Shown in pieces: positions 40,064 to 51,600 of a stretch of DNA of 64,000 bases. The stretch lies in IMG/VR virus record IMGVR_UViG_3300037455_000448, positions 32,001 through 96,000 of that record; one strand, given 5' to 3'. The translations under genes and the position numbers were made by a program. The stretch comes from a virus (Duplodnaviria; Caudoviricetes). How positions within the stretch are numbered: position 1 is the stretch's first letter; the number at the start of each line of letters is the position of its first letter. The notes under the pieces were generated by a model. That model ran no database searches, was not told the origin of the DNA, and worked only from the letters and a program-made list of their open reading frames with translations.

Positions 40064-40092
40064 GGCTAGGGGGAAATCCCCTAGCCTATTTT
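40064..40092 (+). terminator. intrinsic terminator
   Basis: GGCTAGGGGG-AAA-TCCCCTAGCC followed by TATTTT. Confidence 0.7.
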
Positions 40093-40106
40093 AAAGGAGT
40101 TAGTGT

Positions 40107-40484
40107 ATGTCAAATATAAGAAATTGTATATGCTGTGGTAAAGAATATGAGTACTGTCCTAACTGCAACAAGGACAATAAGCCCATGTGGATGATGTCAT
40201 TTGACAGAGCTGAATGCAAGGAACTCTTTAACCTGGTTTCAGCATATAACATGGGTCGAATTGGAATTGATAAGGTAAGAGCATATGCGAAAAATCATGG
40301 ACTAAAACCTGAGGCATATATCGAATCGATTAGAAAAGTAATTGAAGTACCAAAGGATGCAGAGGTAAAAGCTTCTGTAGCACCTGCAACTTCTGATGTA
40401 CGAAATAGAAATGACATGCCATTTAGGAGAAAAAAGAAAAGAAAAACTGGATATAGATTTAATACTGCAAGGGATATCCAGTGA
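40107..40484 (+). CDS. zinc-finger protein
   Basis: CICCGKEYEYCPNC. Confidence 0.7.
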   Translation: MSNIRNCICCGKEYEYCPNCNKDNKPMWMMSFDRAECKELFNLVSAYNMGRIGIDKVRAYAKNHGLKPEAYIESIRKVIEVPKDAEVKASVAPATSDVRNRNDMPFRRKKKRKTGYRFNTARDIQ

Positions 40485-40526
40485 ATAATTGGGTATCCCT
40501 TTTTTTACCCTGAAAGGATTAAAAGG

Positions 40527-40739
40527 ATGGAACCAAAAGTAAAACCAGCGTTTCAGACGCAGGAATATTATCCACACGAAGTTATAAGATGTAAAGATCG
40601 AAGACAACAGTATATCTGGTTAAGAGAACAAGTATATCCATTAGATGTTTATGAATCTAATGGCGATGTAATTATGATATTCCCTCGTAATGAAAAGACA
40701 AAAGAATTGTATAGAAGGTGGCGTAATAGAGAGTTATGA
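40527..40739 (+). CDS. hypothetical protein
   Basis: YPLDVY...F....TKELY..W. Confidence 0.65.
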   Translation: MEPKVKPAFQTQEYYPHEVIRCKDRRQQYIWLREQVYPLDVYESNGDVIMIFPRNEKTKELYRRWRNREL

Positions 40740-41152
40740 AGAAAACTACTCTCTTCTTCCCATTCGAGCCTGTTCCTAAGGGAAGACCAAGGTTTACAAG
40801 AATGGGTTGTACTTATACGCCAAAAGCGACTAAAGATTATGAAACAAAGATATCTGATTATTACAGGGAAAACTCCAAAGATTTTTATGAGATAGCCATT
40901 AGAATACAACTTACTTTCTATATGCCTATACCAAAGTCGGCATCAAAAAAGAATCGTACCTTAATGGAATCCGGATCTATTAAACATACCAAAAAGCCAG
41001 ATACAGATAATTTATGTAAAGCATTTACAGACGCACTTAATGGCATAGCTTATAAAGATGATTCATTGATTACAACTCTGCATGTCTGCAAAAAATACGC
41101 ATCTGATAATAATGTGGGGATAGAGATGAATATCTTGGAGGATGTAGAGTGA
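40736..41152 (+). CDS. rusA: RusA-family Holliday junction resolvase
   Basis: PKGRPRF, KPDTDNLCKAFTDALNGIAYKDD. Confidence 0.9.
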   Translation: MKKTTLFFPFEPVPKGRPRFTRMGCTYTPKATKDYETKISDYYRENSKDFYEIAIRIQLTFYMPIPKSASKKNRTLMESGSIKHTKKPDTDNLCKAFTDALNGIAYKDDSLITTLHVCKKYASDNNVGIEMNILEDVE

Positions 41153-41315
41153 TGGAAAAAGGAACATTGTTAGAACTAGCTTTGCGCTCTTCTACTAACA
41201 GAGAACTTCGTGAACAACAGCTACTCAATATTTTTGAAGTTAATTCCGTGGACGATATCCCAACGGACAAATTATTAGAGTACTGTAACAAACATTATTG
41301 TACGAAAGGAGTTTA

Positions 41316-41486
41316 ATGATGGCTGCTAAATACGATATTGACACATATGTATATATTAAAGCTAAGGTTATATCTTCTACAACCGATGAAACTGGAACAG
41401 TATATCAGGTAAAGTATAGTTCTCAGGATAAATCTACTACACAGTTTTTCGAAGAGGACGAACTGACAGAGATTACTGAACCATAA
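41316..41486 (+). CDS. small hypothetical protein
   Basis: AAGGAG RBS. Confidence 0.5.
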   Translation: MMAAKYDIDTYVYIKAKVISSTTDETGTVYQVKYSSQDKSTTQFFEEDELTEITEP

Positions 41487-41506
41487 TCAGAGAGGATTAA
41501 AAGGGT

Positions 41507-42040
41507 ATGAAATACGATAATAATGAAAAGATTACTGTGGAAAATCTACTTAAGGCCATGGCTAAAGTATCAGAAGCCAAACGTTCGTATGATTTCAGTA
41601 AACATATTACGCGACAGTATATGCCTTATACTGAAAAATGCGCTTTGGTCAAAAACATAATAGATAAAACCTCTTATGTTGAATCTGATGGGGTTAGAGT
41701 TTATCGCAGAAATACAAATAGTATGTTTTTTATTTTTTCTATAAAGATTATTGAGTATTATACAAACATAAAAATTGATGTTTCTCAGATAGCAAAGGAA
41801 TATGATGCTCTCGTAGAATCTGGTGCCATGAATAACCTTATGGAACAGATACCTCAGAAAGAAGTATCTATTTTACAGGGAATGCTCGATATGGAAAGAG
41901 ATGACTTAGAAGCTAATACACGTTCTCTAGTAGCTTACTTAGATGATAAATATGAGGCTATTAGGCTATCTTTTGACAGTTTCAATAAGGCTTTAGAAAA
42001 TCTTAATGTTCAATCAAAAATCGAAGAGATTATACAGTGA
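41507..42040 (+). CDS. putative tail assembly chaperone
   Basis: Position before the tape measure gene; YMPY.EK motif. Confidence 0.45.
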   Translation: MKYDNNEKITVENLLKAMAKVSEAKRSYDFSKHITRQYMPYTEKCALVKNIIDKTSYVESDGVRVYRRNTNSMFFIFSIKIIEYYTNIKIDVSQIAKEYDALVESGAMNNLMEQIPQKEVSILQGMLDMERDDLEANTRSLVAYLDDKYEAIRLSFDSFNKALENLNVQSKIEEIIQ

Positions 42041-42099
42041 TTTAGACGTTCATAAGTATCACAGCTTATGAACGTATTTTTCAGAAAGGAGGTATAGTC

Positions 42100-42615
42100 A
42101 TGGCGTATACATGGGATGATGTAGAGAACGATTTGAAACATTATGTCAACAAAATGTTATCAAGTACGGCTGGTAAGATAAGGGACGATTTAACTGAAGA
42201 AACTGCGCAAGCTATAGCTGACTTTTATGCCGACTATACTCCTGAATATTACCACAGACACGTTGATGCTAAAGGGCGACACTACAACTTTGGAAAGAAT
42301 AGTTTTGAAAAATACTATTCTAATCCGCATGGAACTATTTTTAGTGGTGGTGTAATACTCACTCCTAGCAGAATGGATGATATATATCAAGATTCAGTAC
42401 AAGAAGTTTTTGATACGGTTTATCATGGCTTTCACGGTGTATCAAGCATGTTCGTAAATCCATATACTTTTTCAGTGACTCCGGTCATGAGTCCGTCTCC
42501 TATTGAACGTATTTATGCAAAGCGTGATTACATCAGAAAACATATAGATAAATATATTGAATACGGAAAAAAGAAAGCGAATGCTGAATCGTATATTACT
42601 TTAGGAAAGGAGTGA
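42100..42615 (+). CDS. tail-module protein
   Basis: FYADYTP.YY.R motif; directly before the tape measure gene. Confidence 0.5.
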   Translation: MAYTWDDVENDLKHYVNKMLSSTAGKIRDDLTEETAQAIADFYADYTPEYYHRHVDAKGRHYNFGKNSFEKYYSNPHGTIFSGGVILTPSRMDDIYQDSVQEVFDTVYHGFHGVSSMFVNPYTFSVTPVMSPSPIERIYAKRDYIRKHIDKYIEYGKKKANAESYITLGKE

Positions 42616-42619
42616 GCAT

Positions 42620-45600
42620 ATGGCCACAAATGATGTTGCAATCAAAATTCCGATAACCTTAGATAAACCTATTGACGAATTTATTGGTAATATAAGGAAA
42701 TCCCTTGGCAATGTTAAAAATATGGGCCTTAATGTAGATACATCTAACATTGAAGAGGCTCTTGATTCCTACTTAGATGCTTATAAAAAGATTTCAAGTA
42801 CCAAAGTTAATACAGGTACATTCAATAAAGCTCAGCAAGAGTTGTCTAAAGAGATTGATAATCTCAAAGAACGTACAGAGACTCTTGAAAAAGGGTTAGT
42901 CAGTCTTGTAGATGTTATGTCAAAGACTGATGGTGGTAGATTTGCAAATGATTTAAAAGAGCTGAAACAAGATATGCAAGGACTCGCCAATGCTACCGGG
43001 GAGGCAGTTGCTGCTATTCAGCATATGACAGATATTCGCGAAGACAGTACTTCATTGCGCGAGACTCTTACCATTTTAAAAGAGATACAAAACATGAAAA
43101 CTTCCGGGAAAGAGTCCGGAGCTTTTGGAAGCTTTAAAGAAGCTAGGAAAGAGTTAATTGCGCTTTATAAAGATATTACTGCAAAGAAAAATGAACTGGC
43201 TAATCTCGAGATTATAACTGATGATGATAAACTTAGAGCGGCTCAATTGCAAAAAGAAATCACTTCTATGTCTTTGGCATGGAAAGAGATGTATACTGCA
43301 AATTCAAATGCTTTTGGAGATGATTTTGCCAATATAGAAAAAAATTCTGTAAAGATGGCAAGTGGTACTAAAAAGACACTTGAAAACTTATTTGATGCAG
43401 TTGATGAAATTTTAGGAAACATTCGTGAAAATGTTGATCAGAATGCAAGATACATCAGGGAATCTCTAGGTCTTTTAGATAGTATTAACTCTGTCGAATC
43501 CGATAAGAATACTCTAAGTGTACATGCTAAATTAGGTACTACTGTAAAAGGATTGACAACGCAGTTCTCAAATCTCTTGGATAGTGTGCAGTCATATCTT
43601 GATAGCAATCCACTAGAGGTAGGGGTAACTATAGCTACTGATTGGAGCACAAGAAGAAATAAGGAACTTCTCAAGCAGTTTCAGGAAAAAATAAACAACT
43701 TATCAGATGGTACAGAGGTTTCTGAACTTCGCAACCTATATAATGATATACAAAAGACATTTGGAAATGAAATCAATTTAAAATTTAAGAGTAACTTTGA
43801 TGAAGAACAAAAAGCAATCAGGGCTGGTGTTACATCGTTAAAAGCTGAAATTGGAAAAAAGTTCGAGTTAAATCCAAAGTTTGGAAAAGATACTGTAACC
43901 AAGTTGCAGGCCCAGTTAGATAAGATATCCCAAAAGATGGTGCTTACAATAGACCAGGTAAAATTATCTGATGGTGCTATACAAGCAGCCGCTACAATGG
44001 AAGAAGAGAGCCAAGAAAAAGTTGCTATTGAGTCTGGTGCTATTTCTTCAGTCATTGATGCAATGGTTGAAAAATCAGAACTTTTAAATAAACAACTTGC
44101 TCCAATATGGCAGCTTCTTGTTGAAATCAAAGATGTTCTTAATCAGTATCCTGTTGATTCTATAGTTGACTCAACAAGGGAGTTGGTAAGAGTAATCCAA
44201 CAGGTCTTTGGTGTTTTGTCTCAAGAAGATCTTGATAATATGTTTTCCGGATTACAGAAAAGGGCTAATGCTATTTCTGGTTCTTTAAAACTCGGTGTAA
44301 ATCAAAGAGAACTACGATCTATACTTGAAAGCTTTAGAGAATATCAAGAACTTGGTGGTAAAAATACATTTGCTGATTTAGGTGGAAACGAATATGTTCA
44401 GCGTTGGTTTAAGAATAATAAAGATTTGATTCTTGACACCAAAGACGCAGTTGAAGAACTTGGTAAGGCTGAAGAGAAAGTTATAGCTGATGCAAGTGAA
44501 ACAGCTTCTCTTGAAAATCTCAGTGCAAAACTTGATGATGTTATAAAAAAAATTCAAGAAAAAACAGATGAGTTCCGTAATGAGGAAACCATTGTCTCTC
44601 AAGTAACAGCAAGCGAGGTACTGGCACTAGATAATGTATTAAACAAATTGACAGAGATAAAGGGTAACCTCAGCAAATTGTTCAATACGAAGCAGATAAA
44701 TAATATATCTTCTACTCTTCTATCTACATTAGATAAAGTAACAGACAAGACTAAACCAGTTTCAGAGTATCTGACGGATCTTGAAAAAATAAGTACAGCT
44801 TTAAAGGATATCACTGGATATTCTGATAGCGTAAAGATTATTTCTGAAACTTCTGTTGCTACAGAAGATATAGTAAAAATCACTAATGCAATCAGTGAAT
44901 TAAAATCTGACATACAAAGTATTCGTACTGCATTAGCTGACGGTACTATTTTCCGTGGAATATCAGAATTGGCCCCGGAAGATGCTGCTAATATTCAGTC
45001 AATAGTTGAATCCCTGTCCGAACTCGATAAGGTTTTACCATCAAATAATTTTGGAAAGAATCTTGATAAAGTTCGAAAGTTTGTTAATAGCTTCAGTAAT
45101 AATAAAGGTGCTGAAAGAATCAGTAAAGCAGCTGAAAACATAAAGAAACTTAGGGAAGCATTAGACGGAGAAGTTAGTTCTAATAGCCTCCTTTTAATTT
45201 TTCAGAAATTGTCTGAATCTACTGATATTTCAGGTCTTGTTAAAGAAATCAAGAATCTTTTAAAGGTGGAAGCTGCAGCGAATCAGGCTGCTGTTGCCAA
45301 AAAAGAATTCTCTGAAGCAAATAAAAAGATGAAAGAGTCTGCTGATGAGTCCAGTATTTCTATTGAAAAAGAAAAAGCAGCTCTTGAAAAAGTATGGAAT
45401 AAGCTTAACGATCTGAACCAGGCCAAGTATATGCCTGGTTATGTTGAACAGATTGCTGAAATTAAATTGGCAATGGATGGTATAGATGATACCGCTTCTG
45501 AAGCTGCTGAAGCTTATAAATCTCTTAGAGAACAAGCTGAACGTCTTTGGAAGGAAAAAGGGTTCCCTGAATGGAAGAAAGCTGCTGAAACATCAATTGC

Positions 45601-48600
45601 AAGCCTTCAAGTTAAAATTGAAAAGTTTGGTGCTAATAACACTGCCATTAGCAGAAAATTTAGAGACGAGTTAAATAAAATCAGACAAGCTCTTCACGAC
45701 GGGATGTCTATAGAAGAAGTTCAGAAATTAGGTGCAGAGTTTAAAAAACTTGAAGCAAAGGTAAATGCTGCAGGTCAAGGTGGACTTGGTTTCTTTGATA
45801 CACTTCGGAAAAGAATCGTTGGAGTTAACGCACAACTTATTGCTCAGTACTTATCATGGCAAGATATTATCAGATATGTACGTCAAGCTGTAACTACAAT
45901 ACGTGAATTGGATGATGCCTTGGTAGATTTGAAAAAGACAACAACCATGTCTAATTCGGATCTTGAAAAATTCTATTTCAATGCAAATAGTATTGCCAAG
46001 GAAATGGGCGTAACTACCGAAGAGATTATTAACCAAGCAAGTTCATGGTCAAGACTTGGATACTCTACAAAAGAAGCATCTGAACAGATGGCTCAGTTGA
46101 GTTCACAGTTTGCTAGTATATCTCCGGGTATGGGAGTTGAGGAAGCTCAGACTGGATTAGTTTCTATCATGAAGGCTTGGAACGTTGATGTTGATCGTGT
46201 TGAACGTGATATCATGGATAACATCAATACTCTCGGCAATAAGTTTGCAGAAACAAACTCTGATATCATCAGTGGTATGGAAAGAGCTGGTGCTACATTA
46301 AGTGCCATCGGTATGGATATCGACGATTCTTTTGCTCTGTTCACAGGAGCGCAGGAAGTTATTCAAAATGCCGAGACTGTAGGTACTGCTCTTAAGACTC
46401 TTTCGTTAAGGATTAGAGGTTATGATGAAGATACAGAGGAATTATCTGATGATGTAGTGGCTGCTACTGGTAAAGTCGCAGATTTAACCAAAGTTGCATC
46501 TAATGGTTTTGCTGGTATTTCTTTATGGGCAGATGCAGAACAGACTCAATATAGGTCTCTTGTAGATTACCTTGGTGATATTTCGAAAATATGGGATGAA
46601 ATTGATGCTAAGTCGCAGACTCAATTGTTGGAAAACTTATTTGGAAAAAGGGGTGCTTCTGTAGGCTCTGCTATCCTTAAGAATTTTAACCAAGTTGAAA
46701 AAGCATTAAAAGAAATGGAAGATGCTGCCGGATCAGCTGATCGAGAGATGGAAATTATTAGAGAATCCATCTCTTTTAAACTGAATAACCTTCAGCAGAC
46801 TTGGGTTGGTATTATTCAAGGTTTAATAGATCGTGGCGATTTAGGAAAGCTAATAGATTTATTAACGCAGATTTCGGAAATACTTGGAAAAATCATTGAG
46901 GTTGGTGGAATTCCTGGAACAATACTTGGCACTATAGGAATAACTACAATTCTTCCTAACCTTGATAATTTGGATAATATCAAAGAGAAGTTTTCAGACA
47001 TATTTAATTTCTTTAAGGAAGCACCAGCAGATATTGATGACACCAAGGATGCTTTAGACGATGTAGGTAAAGCTGCAAAACGTAGTTCTTTATCAGTAGG
47101 TACTTTGAAAACAAGTCTTCTTGCTATTGCGCAAAATCCTATAACATGGATTGTAGTAGGACTAGTTGCTGCTAAATTAGCATTCGATAAAGTAAATGTA
47201 ACAGTTGAAGAAACTCAGGAAAAGATAGATGATATCAATTCAACAATTGAACAGATTACTTCTGAGGTAGAACAACTTAATGCCATTGAGAATCGTACTG
47301 ATGGACAAGAAAAACGTTTACAATACCTTCAGGACGAATTGGAGATTCAAAAGGATCTTCTTGAAATTGCGGAAAGACGTAATCTTTTAGAAAAATCAGG
47401 TAGTAAATTTACTGATTACTTCGATAAAGATAACTGGAATACGAAGATAACAGGTTTTGAGAATCGTAATCCTCATCAGATGAAGTCTTCCGAAGCTTTC
47501 AGAAAGTATCAGTTTGAAGATGTTGCAGAAGAATACTCTAAATTGCAGGATGATATAGCGCAACTGAGAGCTAATCTTGAAAATCCAAGGCGAAGTGTTA
47601 ATGAACATAATAAAGATTTAGCCGATGCTGAAAAAGCAAAAGCTAGGCTCGAAGAACTTGAGAGACAGACTTATGATAACTATTATGAGTCTATGGAAGA
47701 CTACTATGATTTAAGAAAAACTGCTGAATCAATAGCAACTGCTTTGTCGGAAATAACTGAGGATAATCCTTTATACGATGTTTTGACAGACCTTTCTAAT
47801 AGATATGATACACAGATAAAAGAGCTTGAGACTTATATTATACAAGTCGATAACTTGCTAGGTAGAGAATCTTCTGTAACTACTAATTCACGTTTCAATG
47901 AGTACAACGAAAAGTTTGAAAACACACTAGGATACGACGAATTAGCCAAGGCAACAAGTGAATTTACTCAAGAACAAAAGCTGCTATGGATGACTGTTAC
48001 TGCTGGAGCTCGTAATGGTAAAGAAGCTATCGATCTTTGGAATAAGTCTCTTGCAGAGATTGATAAAGCTTCAACTGCATTAAGAAGAGTTGCAAAAGAA
48101 CTTTCATTTACACAATCAATTTCTGATTTAAATGACTTAGAAAGTGCAATAAACAATGTTGGTAACGCTATAGCAAATATAGACGAGAATGGTAAGTTTC
48201 AGTTAGGAGATCTTGATAGCATTGCTGATTACTTCTTAGCATTAGAAACTGCCGAAAATAAGGTTGAATATGAAACAGAAGCTGTATCTAATGCATTGAA
48301 GCTTTTGGGCGAAGGCTCCGGAAGTGTTGAAGAACAAGCTAATGCTATCAATATTCTTGCAGATAATTATCTTCGAACATCCGGGATACTTGATGGACTA
48401 ACCGAGAAGAACAAACAACTCTATATCACTCGGCTCCAAGATATGGGTATTATAAATGCTGAAACAATTGTTGAAGAACAATTAGCGCAGGCTGTGGCAC
48501 AAGAAGCAGATATGAAGCTTATAAATGCCGAAATAACAGAACAGTTAGCTATCTTGGAAGATGCATTACAGGCAGAGGATTCTGAAACAGTTACTCAGAC

Positions 48601-51600
48601 AATGAATGTCATTGAAGAACTCCTTAATGAGGCTGAAGCAAATGATACAACTCGTAGAGCTGTTGAGTATTTGATTAAGACACAGGAAATCTTTAGTAAT
48701 CAGGATTTGTCGGTTAATGAAAAAATAAGCCAACTTGAACAATTGGCAACTTCTTACATGGGTACCGCAGAAGCTGCTGCTCTTGCTTCAAAGATTGAAG
48801 CACTTGAATCACAAAAAGGATTGATTAAGGGTGCTGGAGTTACAGCGGAAATAAAGGCTCAGCAAGTAAAAGCTATTGATGCACAGATACAAAGTCTGAT
48901 AAACAAAAGTGCTAGTAATGTTACAAGTAATTCAAGGGTCAACTTTACCCGTGCTCAGTATAACGGTGGATCTAATGTTAGAGATCGATTAGGTTATACT
49001 CCGGATAGTACTATAGGTGCTTTGACTGGAGCTACTGCGAAAGCGCTTGAAGATTCTTCAAAGGCTGCTTCGGAATCCGCGAAGGAAGAATTTAAAGAAG
49101 CCTATGATTACTTCGAGCGATATATAAAGCTTTTGGACAAACAGGTAAGTTTGCTTGAAGCTCATCTAGAAGATGTTGTGGGTTCATATGCTAAGAACAC
49201 TCTTCTATCTGCCGAAGAAGATACTATCAAGAAGAAGATGACAGGCTACGCTTCTGCTATTGATATGTATTCGGCAAAAGCAAGAGAGGCTTTGTCAAAA
49301 ATACCAAGTGATGTTGCTCAGAAGTTATTGAATGGTGCAGTTGAAATTGAAGAATTTGTCGGCGAAGGTAACGAAGAAGTTTACAATGCTATTCAGGAAT
49401 ATGAACAATGGGCAGACAAGGTTGATGAGTGTAAACAACAGCTAGTTGAACTAAAAGAAGCTTTACGACAACTTGAACTTCAGAAGTTCAACAACCTTGT
49501 TCAGGACTTTGATGAATTATTTGATGTCCGTCAGACACAGATAGATCTTATTAGTAAGGCTATCTCACTGTTTGATACAGCAAGGGATAGAATCGTAGGC
49601 CGTGGTTTCTATGATGTATCAATTAAGCAGACAGAAAAGCAGTTAAGTAAGCTCCTTGAGGAACGTACTGCTTTAACTAACCAGATGACTTCTGCGTTGG
49701 CAAATGGAATAGATGTTGCGTCTGAAGAATGGTTTGAAATGGTAAAGGCCATTGAAGAAGTCAATGGAAAAATCCTAGATGCTCAACAGGCTGTTGAAGA
49801 ATACAAGAATGCAATCATTCAGCTTTATGTAGATGCATTTGACCGTGAATCAAATAGGTATTCAAAACAGATTGAGCTTAGACAAAAGGCTATCTCAGCT
49901 CTTGAGAAACAGATTTCTGTAATCACATCTTCCGGTAATCTTGCCGGAGAATCCCTTATATCTGAACAAATTGAACAGACAAAGAAACAATTAGACATGC
50001 TTAAGAGTGAACGCTCTGAGCTTGTTAAGCGTATGAGTACTGCAACCGAGAATGGAGTCAAGGTTGCTTCTGACGAATGGTATTCCATGGTAGATGCGCT
50101 TAATGCAGTTGATTCAGCTATTCAAGACTGTGAGGAATCTATCAACAGTCTTGATGATGCAATCCTTGCATTGCATACGGAGACATTTGAAAGAATCCAG
50201 AATAGGTTTGCTTCTTTATCCAATGAGCTGTCCAATATGGCAGAGATGTTCACGGATAAGGACGTTGCTACATCTAATAATGTCTGGACAAAAGAGGGAT
50301 TGGCGCAGCTTGGTCTTGTAGCTCAGCAGTATGAGTTAGCAAAGAAACAAGTAACCCAGTACACAACAGAAATCAGTGAGTTGAATGCCCAGTATGCTCG
50401 TGGTAAATATTCAACAACAGAGTATATTGAAAAGCTTGCGGAGCTTAAAGAGGCTCAGTGGTCAGCAGTTAAGGCTGCGGAATCTGCAAAGGAGTCAATT
50501 GTAGATATTAATAAGCAGCGTGTTGAAATAGTTGTTGATGCAATCAACAAAGAAATTGAAGCATTTAAGAAACTCACTGAAGCACAGAAAGAAAACCTTC
50601 AGGCAGAGAAAGACTTGCATGATTATCAGAAGCAGATAGCTGACTCATCTAAGAATATTGTTGATCTTGAACGTCAGCTTGCAGCTATGGCTGATGATAA
50701 TTCGGCTGCAACCATAGCTAAGCGCAAGAAGCTTGAAGAACAGTTGGCTGAAGCACGCCAGGAACTTGCAGAAGAAGAATATCAGCATTCTATCTCAGCA
50801 CAGCAGGAAGCTCTTGACCAGCAGGCTGAGGATTATTCTGAAGCACGCAATATAGATATTGAAACTCTTCAGGAAACTCTTGAAAATGAAGAGCTGATTA
50901 TTACTGAGTCATTTGAAAAAATAAAGGAAAACACAGCCTTGATTGGTAGTGAAATTCTTACGATGGCTCAGCTCCTCGGAGTATCTATGTCTGAGGAATT
51001 GACAGCTCCTTGGCAGAGTGGAGAAAATGCTATAGCTTCTTATGGTGAGCTACTAACTGTACAGTCTTCTGCTTTCATACAACAGCTTAGTGATGTTGAA
51101 AATAGTGAATGGAGACTTCAGGAACAGGCTAACTTAAGTAGTCAGGCCATATCTGATATGTTTGGCAATAGAGCCGATGAGCTTGTTCAGCAGACGGATA
51201 TAGCTAATGAAGCTACACGTAGAGAAGAAGCAGCTGCATGGGATGCATCAAGGGCAATAGCTGATGCATTTGGCAATAGAGCTGATGGTCTTGTTCAGAC
51301 AATTGAGAATGCAAGAGGAAGTACAGAGAATCTTACCAGAATGTCTGATGCACTCTCTGGATCCTTGAAGAATTCTATTGATGGACAATATTCAGGTGCG
51401 TCTGCACAATCAGCACTGAATGGTATTGCTGAAGCTGCTAATGGTGTGGCAGAGGCTGCTAATAATGCGGCAAATGCTCTCTCTCGCATGGCTAGTGCTC
51501 AGCCAGTAAGTGTTCCGACTTATACTGGAAAAATCTATCAGCAAGGGTCTGATGGTGATTATTATTACGCAGGAACTGGTACAGTCTCTGGTAATAACAT

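Noticed and set aside
41507-42615. Programmed -1 frameshift of tail chaperones
   Set aside because: The two ORFs are separated by a hairpin and an independent RBS; no slippery site near the stop.
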